Of a DNA stretch of 64,000 nt, positions 38,981-49,497 are shown piece after piece. The stretch spans positions 64,001 to 128,000 of the forward strand of contig BTWA01000006.1 of the NCBI GenBank assembly GCA_045863295.1, written 5' to 3'. Below the pieces are notes generated by a model. The model was not told the origin of the DNA. It worked only from the letters and a program-made list of their open reading frames with translations, and ran no database searches. Numbering within the stretch: the first letter of the stretch is position 1; every line of letters begins with the position of its first letter. Origin of the DNA: Candidatus Hydrogenedentota bacterium. GTDB lineage: Bacteria > Hydrogenedentota > Hydrogenedentia > Hydrogenedentales > SLHB01. The position numbers and the translations under genes were made by a program.

Positions 38981-40171
38981 ATGGCAGGCAATCGTGGTGT
39001 AGCGTATATCAAGCCGGGTGTGGTCGAAGTGCAGACAATCGACTACCCCAAACTGGCACTGGGCAATCGCAAATGCGAACACGGTGTCATTCTGAAAATT
39101 GTCTCAACCAACATCTGCGGCAGCGATCAACACATGGTCCGCGGCCGAACTACAGCACCCGAAGGGTTGGTTCTGGGACACGAGATTACCGGCGAGGTCA
39201 TTGAGTGCGGCCGAGACGTCGAGTACATCAAGAACGGCGATATTGTTTCGGTGCCTTTCAACATCGCTTGCGGACGCTGTCGAAATTGCAAAGAAGGCAA
39301 GACGGGCATTTGCCTGAACGTGAATCCGGCTCGCCCTGGTGCGGCATATGGATACGTGGACATGGGCGGATGGGTCGGTGGTCAGGCCGAGTACGTAATG
39401 GTGCCCTACGCGGACTTCAACTTGCTCAAGTTCCCGGATAAGGCACAAGCCATGGCAAAGATCAAGGATCTAACGCTTCTGTCCGACATCTTCCCAACTG
39501 GATTTCACGGCGCGGTGACGGCGGGAGTAGGTCCTGGGTCCGTGGTGTATGTGGCCGGAGCCGGTCCTGTGGGGCTTGCTTGCGCCGCATCATGCCACCT
39601 ATTGGGCGCCGCCGTCGTTATTGTCGGCGACATGATTCCAGAACGGCTTGCGCAGGCCAAAAGCTTCGGCTGCGAGACCGTCGATCTCCGGAAGGATGCC
39701 ACGCTGGCCCAACAGATTGAGCAAATCGTGGGAGTACCCGAAGTGGACTCGTCCGTGGATTGTGTCGGCTTCGAGGCACGTGGACATGGCCACGATGCCG
39801 CCGTGGAACGTCCTGCAACCGTGTTGAATTCCGTAATGGAAGTTACCCGCGCGGGTGGTGCCATTGGCATTCCAGGCCTCTACGTAACCGGCGATCCCGG
39901 TGGAGTGGATGAAAACGCCAAGATCGGTAATCTTGGCATTCGGATCGGGCTGGGCTGGGCAAAATCGCATTGCTTTACAACCGGCCAGTGTCCTGTGATG
40001 AAGTATAACCGAGCCTTGATGCAATGCATTTTGCATGACAAGATCCAGATTGCCAAGGCGGTAAACGTCGAAGCCATTTCGTTGGACGACGCACCAAAAG
40101 GCTATAAAGACTTCGACAAGGGCGCTGCCAAGAAGTTTGTCATTGACCCGCACGGAATGATCGCGGCGTAG
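38981..40171 (+). CDS. fdhA: Glutathione-independent formaldehyde dehydrogenase
   Basis: MAGNRGVAY, TNICGSDQHMVRGRT, GHEITGE, ACGRCRNC, LSDIFPTG, GIPGLYVT.DPG, KKFVIDPH; SD GGAGG. Confidence 0.95.
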   Translation: MAGNRGVAYIKPGVVEVQTIDYPKLALGNRKCEHGVILKIVSTNICGSDQHMVRGRTTAPEGLVLGHEITGEVIECGRDVEYIKNGDIVSVPFNIACGRCRNCKEGKTGICLNVNPARPGAAYGYVDMGGWVGGQAEYVMVPYADFNLLKFPDKAQAMAKIKDLTLLSDIFPTGFHGAVTAGVGPGSVVYVAGAGPVGLACAASCHLLGAAVVIVGDMIPERLAQAKSFGCETVDLRKDATLAQQIEQIVGVPEVDSSVDCVGFEARGHGHDAAVERPATVLNSVMEVTRAGGAIGIPGLYVTGDPGGVDENAKIGNLGIRIGLGWAKSHCFTTGQCPVMKYNRALMQCILHDKIQIAKAVNVEAISLDDAPKGYKDFDKGAAKKFVIDPHGMIAA

Positions 40172-40183
40172 CACTTGGATAGC

Positions 40184-40221
40184 GTGGGCGTCACTCCGAG
40201 TAAACACGGAGTGACGCCCAC
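40184..40221. other. Perfect 15-bp intergenic inverted repeat
   Basis: GTGGGCGTCACTCCG-N8-CGGAGTGACGCCCAC; no U-tract. Confidence 0.85.
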
Positions 40222-40246
40222 ATTGAACCTTTGCAGGGTTTATCCC

Positions 40247-42442
40247 ATGTCTGATAGTTGTTCGGCGCGACGCCTTCCCAAAGCCGGCGGAGGTTGGCCG
40301 GCCATTCTTTACACGCTTCGAAAGGCCCGGCAAGCAGGCGGTGCTTGGCGATTGTGGAAAGCACTGCGTACAAAGAACGCATGCAAGACGTGCGCGTTGG
40401 GAATGGGTGGACAATCCGGAGGCATGGTAAACGAACTCGGCCACTTTCCGGAAGTCTGCAAAAAATCTATCCAAGCCATGACCGCGGACATGCAAGGCCG
40501 TATCCGGCCGGATTTCTTCAGGGAATTCAGTCTGACTGACCTTGAACGGTTTTCCCCCCGAGAGTTGGAAGCAGCGGGCCGGATCGTAGAGCCGTTATTC
40601 GCCGGATCCGGTGACTCCCACTATCGAACCATTTCATGGGACGAAGCCATCGACCGGATCTCGAAGCGACTTCGTGCGTCGGATCCCGATGAAACGTTCT
40701 TCTACTTCAGTGGACGCTCTTCTAACGAAGCTGGGTTCTTACTCCAACTATTTGCGCGTGTGTATGGCACGAACAACGTCAACAACTGTTCCTATTACTG
40801 CCATCAAGCATCGGGGGTGGGTCTGCATAGCATTTACGGGTCAGGCACAGCAAGCGTGGTCCTGGAAGACGTCGAACATTGCGATGTGCTGTTTCTTGTA
40901 GGGGCCAATCCCGCATCCAATCACCCGCGCCTTATGACGACTATCGACCGCCTCAAGAAGAATGGAGGCAAGGTTATCGTCGTCAACCCGATTCGCGAGG
41001 TCGGCTTGGTTCAATTCAGGATTCCGTCAGTCATGTCCAGTTTTCTCTTTGGAACCAAGATCGCCGACATCTACGTACAACCGCATATTGGCGGTGACAC
41101 GGCTTTTTTCGCGGGACTTGCGAAAGAAATCCTGGAGCGAAACGCCGCTGATTCGAATTTCATCGATCAGCATACGGAAGAATGGTCCGAGTTTGAATCC
41201 TTTATCCGAAGTCTGACGTGGGACGAAGTGGTCGAGAAATCCGGTGTAGACAGAAATACCATTAATTGTGTTGTGGATGTTTATATCGCATCAAAAGGCG
41301 CGATTTTTGCCTGGGCCATGGGCGTTACCCACCATGAACACGGTGTCCAAAACGTGCAAATGATGGGAAACGTGTGTTTGATGCGCGGCATGCTCGGCCG
41401 CCCCCATGCGGGTCTTCTCCCTATTCGCGGACATAGCAATGTGCAGGGGATAGGTTCAATGGGGGTTACACCAAAACTTAAGGAAGCGGTGCTACGCAAC
41501 CTGGAAGCTCATTATGGCGCAACGTTGCCGAGATCCCAAGGGCTCGACACGATGGCCAGTATGGTAAAGGCCGAGGCTGGCGGCATTCGCTGTGCATTTT
41601 GCGTGGGAGGAAATTTGTATGGTTCGAATCCCGACGCTACTTTCGCAAACCGTGCTCTGCGGAGCGTAGACACAGTCATCTATCTGAGCACCACGCTAAA
41701 TACCGGGCATGCCAGAGGCCGCGGCCAGGAAACCCTGATTTTGCCCGTACTGGCACGCGACGAAGAGTCGCAATCAACTACCCAGGAATCAATGTTCAAC
41801 TACGTTCGGCTGAGCGATGGTGGACCCAAACGATACGAAGGGCCGCGAAGCGAAGTGCAAGTAGTCGCAAGCCTGGCACAGCGATTGTTTGGAGATGAAT
41901 CCCCAGTGGACTGGAAAGCCATGGAAGAACACGGCAGAATTCGTGAAGCCATTGCCGCTGTGATTCCAGGCTACGAGGAAGCGGCGGACATCGGAGCAAC
42001 ACGAAAGGAATTCTATATCAAAGGCCGCACATTCCATGCGCCTGCATTCTCCACCCCTTCGGGCCGTGCCCGTTTTCATGCCGCACCTCTCCCGGCTTTG
42101 AAGGGCGGAAACGGAGCTTTTCGTCTGATGACGCTTCGTTCCGAGGGACAGTTCAATACAGTCGTGTACGAAGAAGAAGACTATTACCGAGGTCAGGAAC
42201 GGCGAGACATAATCCTGATGCACCGGCAAGACATACTCCGCTTGGGATTGCGTGAGGACCAGCCGGTATCGGTGAGAAGCGCCACGGGAATCATGCAGGG
42301 CATTCACGTGCGCGAGTTTGATATACGCCAGGGAAATGTCGCCATGTATTATCCTGAGGCCAATGTGCTCGTACCGCGCGCCCTCGACGCCCAATCAAAG
42401 ACACCGGCCTTCAAAAGTATCGCTGTCCACATCGAGTTCTGA
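40247..42442 (+). CDS. FdhF/YdeP family molybdopterin oxidoreductase
   Basis: ACKTCALGMGG, YFSGRSSNEA, NNCSYYCHQAS, RGHSNVQG, TLRSEGQFNT, YYPEANVL, SKTPAFK. Confidence 0.92.
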   Translation: MSDSCSARRLPKAGGGWPAILYTLRKARQAGGAWRLWKALRTKNACKTCALGMGGQSGGMVNELGHFPEVCKKSIQAMTADMQGRIRPDFFREFSLTDLERFSPRELEAAGRIVEPLFAGSGDSHYRTISWDEAIDRISKRLRASDPDETFFYFSGRSSNEAGFLLQLFARVYGTNNVNNCSYYCHQASGVGLHSIYGSGTASVVLEDVEHCDVLFLVGANPASNHPRLMTTIDRLKKNGGKVIVVNPIREVGLVQFRIPSVMSSFLFGTKIADIYVQPHIGGDTAFFAGLAKEILERNAADSNFIDQHTEEWSEFESFIRSLTWDEVVEKSGVDRNTINCVVDVYIASKGAIFAWAMGVTHHEHGVQNVQMMGNVCLMRGMLGRPHAGLLPIRGHSNVQGIGSMGVTPKLKEAVLRNLEAHYGATLPRSQGLDTMASMVKAEAGGIRCAFCVGGNLYGSNPDATFANRALRSVDTVIYLSTTLNTGHARGRGQETLILPVLARDEESQSTTQESMFNYVRLSDGGPKRYEGPRSEVQVVASLAQRLFGDESPVDWKAMEEHGRIREAIAAVIPGYEEAADIGATRKEFYIKGRTFHAPAFSTPSGRARFHAAPLPALKGGNGAFRLMTLRSEGQFNTVVYEEEDYYRGQERRDIILMHRQDILRLGLREDQPVSVRSATGIMQGIHVREFDIRQGNVAMYYPEANVLVPRALDAQSKTPAFKSIAVHIEF

Positions 42443-42472
42443 TGCCTTGTACCGCTTAAAAAGGGCTGACGT

Positions 42473-43258
42473 ATGTCTCTGTTTCTGCTCACAATCGGCT
42501 TGTGTGCTGCTTCTCACCTGAGCGGTGACCAAACCGAACACGTAGAATCCATGACCCACTTCCCGCACCCCCTCGGACAATCGCAGATTTATCGGAATGT
42601 GTACAAGTCGGCTGTCGGTCCGGGAAATCACGTCGCAACTATATCGTGGATCCGGGCGATTACCGTCATAAAGCACATCCAGATTCCCGAGGGCACCATG
42701 GTAATTCGCCGGGTGACCAACTCGAATATTCAGTACGACGTCCCCGAGGATGCTACTGAGACAAGCTTACAATGGTTTCGAGAGAATCTTGCCAATGATA
42801 GAACCGATCACCTGCTGTTTGCCGGTGACTATGTATATGAAGTTGACGATAGAGTTTGGAATCATTCCGCCAACCAGTTGATGCCTGACTTTGCACGATC
42901 CCTTGCCCAAGGCGGAGTTACGCCATGTCTACATTTTCCCTTGAAACTGCGCGACAAATGGTCTGAACGTACCCGCGAAGAGGCCGATAGCGAGTTGACA
43001 GCAAGATTTGAAGCCGGACAAGGGCCGGCTCCGAATCCAGGGCTTTGGTATTGGATCGTCCAAGCCGTGGAACCGATCGAGACTCCATTCGGCCAGATAG
43101 AAAATACATACCAACTTCGATATCAAACACTCGGCGGATACGAGGCACGTTGGTTTAAGCAGGGAGTAGGTTTTGTACGGTTTGAGAACAAGCACGGTGG
43201 ATCCTATTTTGAATCCAGTTCGGAACTGATCGCTGTCAAGCCCAATACGACAGATTGA
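42473..43258 (+). CDS. Hypothetical, probably exported protein
   Basis: 261-aa ORF filling the gap; hydrophobic N-terminus; C-terminal IETPFG...RWFKQGVGFVR beta-rich pattern. Confidence 0.6.
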   Translation: MSLFLLTIGLCAASHLSGDQTEHVESMTHFPHPLGQSQIYRNVYKSAVGPGNHVATISWIRAITVIKHIQIPEGTMVIRRVTNSNIQYDVPEDATETSLQWFRENLANDRTDHLLFAGDYVYEVDDRVWNHSANQLMPDFARSLAQGGVTPCLHFPLKLRDKWSERTREEADSELTARFEAGQGPAPNPGLWYWIVQAVEPIETPFGQIENTYQLRYQTLGGYEARWFKQGVGFVRFENKHGGSYFESSSELIAVKPNTTD

Positions 43259-43365
43259 GCTAACACAGAAAGTTAGGACATTGGCCATTCATAGCCCAGG
43301 AAAAACACGGTCCCATTGCGCATTGAGCAAGAGAATTTGTAGAATCTGCCACCCAATTCCGAGGG

Positions 43366-44499
43366 ATGGAGCGACACATGACTGTACTTGCCGACCGGAT
43401 GAAAAAAATTGACGCAAGTGGAATACGAAAAATATTCGCCCTGGCGGCAAAACTGAAAGATCCAATCAATCTCAGCATTGGCCAACCCGACTATGATGTC
43501 GACCAAATTGTAAAAGACGTGGCCGTAGAGGCCATCCAAGATGGCTTTAATTCCTATACGCAAACCTGGGGCACAGAGGAATTGCGAGAAGCCTGTTCCG
43601 CATATTATGAGCGTACTTTTGGGACACCCCTCAAAAACGTCATGATCACATCGGGGGTCTCAGGGGGCCTTTTTTTGGCGCTCATGGCGACAATTAATCC
43701 CGGCGACGAAGTTATTTTCGGCGATCCCTACTTCGTGATGTACAAGCATTTGGTAAATTTGCTTGGGGGAACGCCGGTCCCGGTTAACACGTATCCCGAT
43801 TTTCGACTGACGCCAGAACGCGTCAAGCAGGCGATTACGTCCAAAACCAAGATGTTGATTGTTAATTCCCCATCCAACCCCACGGGCGTCGTGTTGAATG
43901 CCTCCGAGTTGGCAGCTCTCGCCGACCTGGCACGAAAGCATAACCTGTTGGTTCTGTCCGACGAGATTTACGAGGGGCTTTCCTATGACGGTGATCGTGC
44001 ATCCATGGCGGGTAAGTACGAGCATGTTATCGTCCTCAACGGCTTCTCCAAGATTGCAGCGATGACGGGCTGGCGTGTCGGATACGCCGCCGGTCCTGAC
44101 GATGTGATTCAGGCAATGAATACCTTGCAGCAGTATACCTTTGTGTGTGCGCCAAGTTTCGCGCAAAAGGCAGCGGTAAAAGCGCTGAACACCGATCACT
44201 CCGCCAAAATTGACGCCTACAGAAAGAAAAGAGACATTATCCATGATGGCCTGACCCAACTCGGATTCCACGCGGTGAAACCCGGAGGCGCCTTTTACAT
44301 CTTTCCGCAAGCCCCGTCGGGGAACGGAGATCTGTTTGTGGCCAAAGCCATCGAAAACGGACTCCTCATAATTCCAGGGTCAGTTTTCAGCGATCAGAAT
44401 TCCCATTTCCGAATCAGCTTCGCCGCGACTGACTCTACCCTTCACAGGGGTATCGCCTTGCTGGAGCGGCTCCGCAACGAAACCTTGGCGGCCGTCTGA
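43366..44499 (+). CDS. PLP-dependent aminotransferase class I/II
   Basis: INLSIGQPD, NSPSNPTG, SDEIY, NGFSKIAAMTGWRVG, PGGAFYIF, HFRISFA. Confidence 0.95.
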   Translation: MERHMTVLADRMKKIDASGIRKIFALAAKLKDPINLSIGQPDYDVDQIVKDVAVEAIQDGFNSYTQTWGTEELREACSAYYERTFGTPLKNVMITSGVSGGLFLALMATINPGDEVIFGDPYFVMYKHLVNLLGGTPVPVNTYPDFRLTPERVKQAITSKTKMLIVNSPSNPTGVVLNASELAALADLARKHNLLVLSDEIYEGLSYDGDRASMAGKYEHVIVLNGFSKIAAMTGWRVGYAAGPDDVIQAMNTLQQYTFVCAPSFAQKAAVKALNTDHSAKIDAYRKKRDIIHDGLTQLGFHAVKPGGAFYIFPQAPSGNGDLFVAKAIENGLLIIPGSVFSDQNSHFRISFAATDSTLHRGIALLERLRNETLAAV

Positions 44500-44595
44500 A
44501 TCCGGCGGCCAGGATGGTCATCCACCCGAATTTCAGTGGTGGCCTTCGTGCGGCTCTGATATACTTGGGCGTTTAAATAAAGGGGGCCGTGGACC

Positions 44596-45696
44596 ATGAT
44601 AACCCTGCAGAAGATACTGACCTATGCCGTGAAGAACGGGGCTTCTGACGTCCATTTGACGGTAGGAAGTCCGCCTGCAGTTCGTATTGATGGCGTTATT
44701 CGATTCATTCGCGATGTCGAGATCCTGAAGCCTGAGGATACCCTACGCTTTCTCGACGACATGATGACCCCCAAGGAAAGAGACACTCTATTGGAAAAAG
44801 GTGACGCAGACCTTGCCCTGAGCGTGCCGGGTCTCGGCCGGTTTCGCGTAAACTGTATGAAGCAGCGCAGTTCCATTGGCATCGTGATGCGACACGTAAA
44901 AGGCAAGATTCTCAATTTTGACGAACTGAATCTCCCGCTCGGGATGGAGTTGCTCACGAGAATGCCTCGGGGCCTCGTGCTCGTTACCGGAACTACCGGT
45001 AGCGGCAAGTCAACAACATTGGCTTCAGTCATTGACAAGATTAACGAGTCCAGACGTGGTCACATCATCACGCTGGAAGACCCGATTGAATATCTTTATG
45101 TCAACAAGAAGAGCATCATCTCGCAGCGCGAGATGGGCATAGACACCCAGAATTTCCATACAGCATTGCGGGCCGCAATGCGTGAAGATCCCGATGTAAT
45201 TCTTATTGGTGAAATGCGAGACAAAGATACGTTTCAGGCGGCCATTTCTGCCGCTGAAACCGGTCACCTGGTATTCAGTACCCTGCATACAACCAACGCA
45301 ATGCTGACCATCGACCGCATCTTGGACCTCTTTCCTTCCAATCAACAGGATCAAGTGCGGTCTCAGCTATCGCTGCAGTTGAAAGCGTGCGTTGCCCAGC
45401 GTCTCCTGCAGACAACCGACGGAAAAGGACGCGTCCCGGCCGTTGAAATCCTCATCAGCAACCCGGCAATTGCGGCATTGATACGGGAAAACAACGTCAA
45501 GATGATTCCCAACGCAATTGCGGCAGGCAAAGAAGACGGCATGCAGACTTTTAACATGAGCCTCGTTGATTTAGTGAAGCGAAAGCTCGTTTCGCAAGAA
45601 GAGGCAGAATGGGCGTCGGACAACCCGGAAGAATTGAAGATGAACCTGCAAGGTATCTTTTTGAGTTCGGGACGAGGCGGAATACTTAAGAAATAA
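44596..45696 (+). CDS. pilT: PilT/PilU family type IV pilus retraction ATPase
   Basis: ASDVHL, GTTGSGKSTT, TLEDPIE, REDPDVILIGEMRD, AETGHLVFSTLHT, AIAALIRE, GMQTFN. Confidence 0.9.
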   Translation: MITLQKILTYAVKNGASDVHLTVGSPPAVRIDGVIRFIRDVEILKPEDTLRFLDDMMTPKERDTLLEKGDADLALSVPGLGRFRVNCMKQRSSIGIVMRHVKGKILNFDELNLPLGMELLTRMPRGLVLVTGTTGSGKSTTLASVIDKINESRRGHIITLEDPIEYLYVNKKSIISQREMGIDTQNFHTALRAAMREDPDVILIGEMRDKDTFQAAISAAETGHLVFSTLHTTNAMLTIDRILDLFPSNQQDQVRSQLSLQLKACVAQRLLQTTDGKGRVPAVEILISNPAIAALIRENNVKMIPNAIAAGKEDGMQTFNMSLVDLVKRKLVSQEEAEWASDNPEELKMNLQGIFLSSGRGGILKK

Positions 45697-45751
45697 ATAG
45701 ATGGTTGGCTCAGCATCGGTCTGCTCGCACGAGGGAAGGGTTTTCTCCCGC

Positions 45752-47017
45752 TTATACGGGCCGGTCGTAAATCTTCTCGGGGCCACGGAAGGGGTCGTAG
45801 ACCGTAATCCCTTCCGGTCCGAAACCCGCTGTAACGTGCGCCCCTTTGCCCGACTCGAAATACGAGAAATTGCGGCGAATTACTTCGCGCGCCGCCTGCA
45901 CGATCAACGCAGTCAAGCGGCCCTCTTCCGCGTCCGGGTAAGACCCTCTTAATGCCTCCGTGCTCCGGCCCAGAAACTTGATTTCAGAAACTTTGGCCAG
46001 ACAGACTACGAGACTGTCAATACCGTAGCCAACATAGGCGTGGCTGCCGTCTTCTCGCCGGACGTCGCGTGTAAAATGACTATTGCGAGTCTGAGTCCCT
46101 TTGCCTTGCTCATGGTAACGCAGACCCCTGTACTGTGAATCGGATTCGATCATTCCGCGCGTGCCGCAAATCATGCTTTCCTGATTCACGGGCGCCTCGA
46201 ATTCATCCGGAACAATCCAATTGTTTACAAAATCGATGCTCATGCCGTTATCAAACTGAATCTTGACCTGAACGGAATCAAAGGCGTCCATGCCATATTC
46301 TTGGCGCAATTTTACTTTCTGGCCCACCGCATGCAGACTTACCGGCTTCACGCCAAAATAGGAAATGAATAGATCCGTCCAATGACAACCGACATAACTG
46401 AACGGATCGCTTTGCTCAGCCCACTTCCGGAACACCTGCGTGGATATCGATAGCGGCTCTTCCAAAACCGCCCGTCCGTACAGCGGTGTCCCAATACGCT
46501 TCGACAAATCGTCGCGAATGCGCAAATGGTCGGGGTCGTAGCGTTTGTGCATATCGACCCCGACCAGACAATGAGACTCACGCGCGGCAGCAACAATGGC
46601 GTCCGCTTCATACCCGTCCAGTGTCATGGGCTTTTCGGTAATCACATGGACACCGCGCTTCAAGGCCGCAAGTATCGGTGCGGCATGCAAATGGTCTGGC
46701 GTGGCGACCGCCAGCACATCCAAATCCGGATGCTCGTTGAGCATGTCTTCCCAAGGAGTCTCGCCATGATATAGCGCGAATTCCATCCCTTGGGGAGCAT
46801 ACTCCCGCAATTTGGATTGGCCTGTCTGTTCCGACCGGGTCGCCAAAGCAATGAAACGGATTTCCACGTCACCCAAGGGTCGGGCAAGCGTGTCCAACCC
46901 CAACCGGCCCAGCCAGGGAGTTAGTCCATTCAAGTGCAATTGGCAAAATGTGCGCATGTGCACATCGCCGCCAAACATTCCCGCGCCAACCAGGCCAACC
47001 GTCAGAACCCGGGTCAT
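45752..47017 (-). CDS. Gfo/Idh/MocA family oxidoreductase
   Basis: GLVGAGMFG, VATPDHLH, HVITEKP, HKRYDP. Confidence 0.9.
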   Translation of the reverse strand: MTRVLTVGLVGAGMFGGDVHMRTFCQLHLNGLTPWLGRLGLDTLARPLGDVEIRFIALATRSEQTGQSKLREYAPQGMEFALYHGETPWEDMLNEHPDLDVLAVATPDHLHAAPILAALKRGVHVITEKPMTLDGYEADAIVAAARESHCLVGVDMHKRYDPDHLRIRDDLSKRIGTPLYGRAVLEEPLSISTQVFRKWAEQSDPFSYVGCHWTDLFISYFGVKPVSLHAVGQKVKLRQEYGMDAFDSVQVKIQFDNGMSIDFVNNWIVPDEFEAPVNQESMICGTRGMIESDSQYRGLRYHEQGKGTQTRNSHFTRDVRREDGSHAYVGYGIDSLVVCLAKVSEIKFLGRSTEALRGSYPDAEEGRLTALIVQAAREVIRRNFSYFESGKGAHVTAGFGPEGITVYDPFRGPEKIYDRPV

Positions 47018-47046
47018 GCCCCACTCCACTTCCTAAAGTAAACGAA

Positions 47047-48075
47047 TTAAATCGCCTCTTCCGCGGCGCCATCCGCGGGTGCCGCCGGTGGCGTCACCTG
47101 CAAATCGGTGACAAGGATGTCAATCTTTAAGGCCGCCTTGCCATCCGCGACAACCTTTTCAATGTGCTCCATTTGCTTCTGACCGGTCAGACCCTCGCGA
47201 ATCTTGCCCGACGCCTCTTCCTTGCTCACTTGGCCCTTCGCTGTGACCGTAAGGAAGTGCCAACCAAACTGCGTCTTGAAAGGTGCCGAGACTTTGCCCA
47301 CTTCGGTGCCGAACGCCACGGACTCAAACTCCGGAACCATCACACCACGAACTACGTTGTCGTAGGCGCCACCATTGTCTTTCGATCCGGGATCGTCGGA
47401 GACTTCCTTGGCCACGTCAGCAAACGCTTCACCATCCGTCACGCGCTTGTGCGCCGCATCAATTTCGACCTTTGCGGTCGTCCAGGCATCTTCGGATGGG
47501 TCATCCACCTTAACCAGAATGTGCGCCACGTTCACCGAATCCAGCTCACCCGCAGTCTTCGACTTTTCGTATTGAGCCTCTATATCTGCATCCGTGACTT
47601 GGACCTCATCCATCTTGGCTTGGGTAAACGCACGAATAGCGCCGCCGCGCGCAATCATGTCCCGAAAGTCAGCTTCCGTAAGTCCTTCAGACTTGAGCGC
47701 GTCCTCGAACGACATACCGGCTGGCATGTTCTTTTTCGTTTCGGCAACCTTGCTATCGATTTCATCGTCTTTCAACGCGAAACCTTCTTTTTGCGCCAGA
47801 ATGAAAAGCACATGATTATCAATCAGGGAATCCAAAATATTCTTCATCTGCTCGGCGGTGAACGCCTCCGGCGGCTCGCTCCCGGTCATCTGGGCCTGCA
47901 TCGCCTGGCGCTGGCGAATCATGGCGATCGCCTTGTCAAACTCCTTCTGGGTCACGGTCTCCGTATCGCCTACCTTGGCAATGACGGCCTCCTCGGCCAT
48001 GGCCGGCGAAACTGCCAACGCGGCAGCCGCTACGCCTGCGGCGACAACGAGGGGCTTCAGAAACGACAAACGCAT
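47047..48075 (-). CDS. Exported parvulin-type peptidylprolyl isomerase (PrsA/SurA-like)
   Basis: AMA/EE signal peptide, SurA-N-like helices, VAHILV, FADVAKEVSDDPGS.DNGG, MVPEFE, FKTQFGWH. Confidence 0.92.
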   Translation of the reverse strand: MRLSFLKPLVVAAGVAAAALAVSPAMAEEAVIAKVGDTETVTQKEFDKAIAMIRQRQAMQAQMTGSEPPEAFTAEQMKNILDSLIDNHVLFILAQKEGFALKDDEIDSKVAETKKNMPAGMSFEDALKSEGLTEADFRDMIARGGAIRAFTQAKMDEVQVTDADIEAQYEKSKTAGELDSVNVAHILVKVDDPSEDAWTTAKVEIDAAHKRVTDGEAFADVAKEVSDDPGSKDNGGAYDNVVRGVMVPEFESVAFGTEVGKVSAPFKTQFGWHFLTVTAKGQVSKEEASGKIREGLTGQKQMEHIEKVVADGKAALKIDILVTDLQVTPPAAPADGAAEEAI

Positions 48076-48348
48076 ACACTGGTCTCCTGGAGCAGGATTT
48101 ATTTGACCTGCTTGTTAACGCGAAACCACGGGGACGGCATGGCCTGGACTGGCTTCAGCAAGGCGTCATGCATTGCGACAGGCAACGAGACGTATGTGGT
48201 TTGCAGCTAAGGACGATTTGGCTTCAGCTTTCTTGAATTTCGATTCTGACGCTGTGGACTCTGCCAGAAGCGCTATACTTTAAATCCGCAGCAATTTTGA
48301 TTCTATGTAAGTAATACCGAATTCAGTGGCCTGCACCTGGCCAAGTCT

Positions 48349-49398
48349 TTACAGGTCCACCGGCCTACCAGTCTCCGCCGATCGATAAATTGCTTCTATT
48401 AGCTCGACTGCGCGCCGGCCTTCCCGGCCCACGATGGCGGGCTCCCGTCCGTCGCGAATGGCAAGCGCAAAATCCTCAATCTGCCTGCGATGCGCTTCGT
48501 GCTTGAGATTGGCCAGTGGATCCGCCGCGCCGGAACCTGTTGCACTGCCCTGATTCAACCGATCCACGATGGCCTTGTCTTCCGGAAGCTCATTCTTGAA
48601 CTTCCACGATACAATTTCGCCATCTTCCAAGACAACCGAACCCTCGGTCCCATGAATCTCCACGCGAGCAGGATGTCCCGGCCAGATCGCTGTACTCCCC
48701 TCAATACAGCCCATGGCCCCGTTCTCAAATTGAAGCATCGCGCACGCCAAGTCTTCGACTTCCAGCCCCTCATGACCTACCAAAGCCGTTTGAGCTGTGA
48801 CGCGCTTCACAGGGCCAAAGTACCAAAGAAGCAAGTCGATCTGGTGAATACCCTGGTTCATTAGACACCCACCGCCATCGAGCTTACGGGTACCGCGCCA
48901 AGCCCCACTATTGTAATACTCTTGGGACCGATACCACTTAATGTACGCATCGCCTAGCACCAATTTGCCAAATCGGCCAGAGTTCAGGGCGCGTTGGATC
49001 TCCCTGGGTCCGTCCGCGAAACGGTACTGAAAGATGCACCCCAACAAAACATTCGCTTCATCTACGGCCGCAAGTATTCGATCAATACGGTCAGTCGATA
49101 CTTCCAACGGCTTTTCAGACAAAATGTGTTTGCCGGCTTTGGCGCAAACCTCGGCAATTTCCGCCCGCATTCCGCTCGGCACGCAGAGACTGACCGCATG
49201 CAAATCCGGCCGCTGTATCATTTCTTTGTAATCCGAATAGACATCCGCGCCGTACTTCCCCGCTAGCGCTTCGGCATTCTTGGGAACCACGTCGGACACG
49301 GCAACGAGCTTTGCAGACGGTATTTCGGATATGGCAAGGGCATGAATCGGGCCGATATTTCCGCATCCAATTAACCCGAAGCCAATTCGGTCAGCCAT
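48349..49398 (-). CDS. Gfo/Idh/MocA family oxidoreductase
   Basis: GLIGCGNIG, KHILSEKPL, WRGT..LDGGGCLMNQGIHQID, VEDLA. Confidence 0.92.
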   Translation of the reverse strand: MADRIGFGLIGCGNIGPIHALAISEIPSAKLVAVSDVVPKNAEALAGKYGADVYSDYKEMIQRPDLHAVSLCVPSGMRAEIAEVCAKAGKHILSEKPLEVSTDRIDRILAAVDEANVLLGCIFQYRFADGPREIQRALNSGRFGKLVLGDAYIKWYRSQEYYNSGAWRGTRKLDGGGCLMNQGIHQIDLLLWYFGPVKRVTAQTALVGHEGLEVEDLACAMLQFENGAMGCIEGSTAIWPGHPARVEIHGTEGSVVLEDGEIVSWKFKNELPEDKAIVDRLNQGSATGSGAADPLANLKHEAHRRQIEDFALAIRDGREPAIVGREGRRAVELIEAIYRSAETGRPVDL

Positions 49399-49497
49399 TG
49401 TGTACACCTTTCTTCATACGGGCACCCCAAGCCTAGCCTGTCGGATCCCACGATTGGGCTGCAAAAGCAGATATGATGAAGGGCGAAACATGGCAAT

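Noticed and set aside
39599..40495. 298-aa minus-strand ORF over fdhA and the FdhF/YdeP gene
   Set aside because: Antisense to two well-supported genes and has no recognisable features.
47164..48210. 348-aa + strand ORF antisense to the PPIase
   Set aside because: Shadow ORF from the strong codon bias of the real gene; Arg/Leu/His-rich with no motifs.
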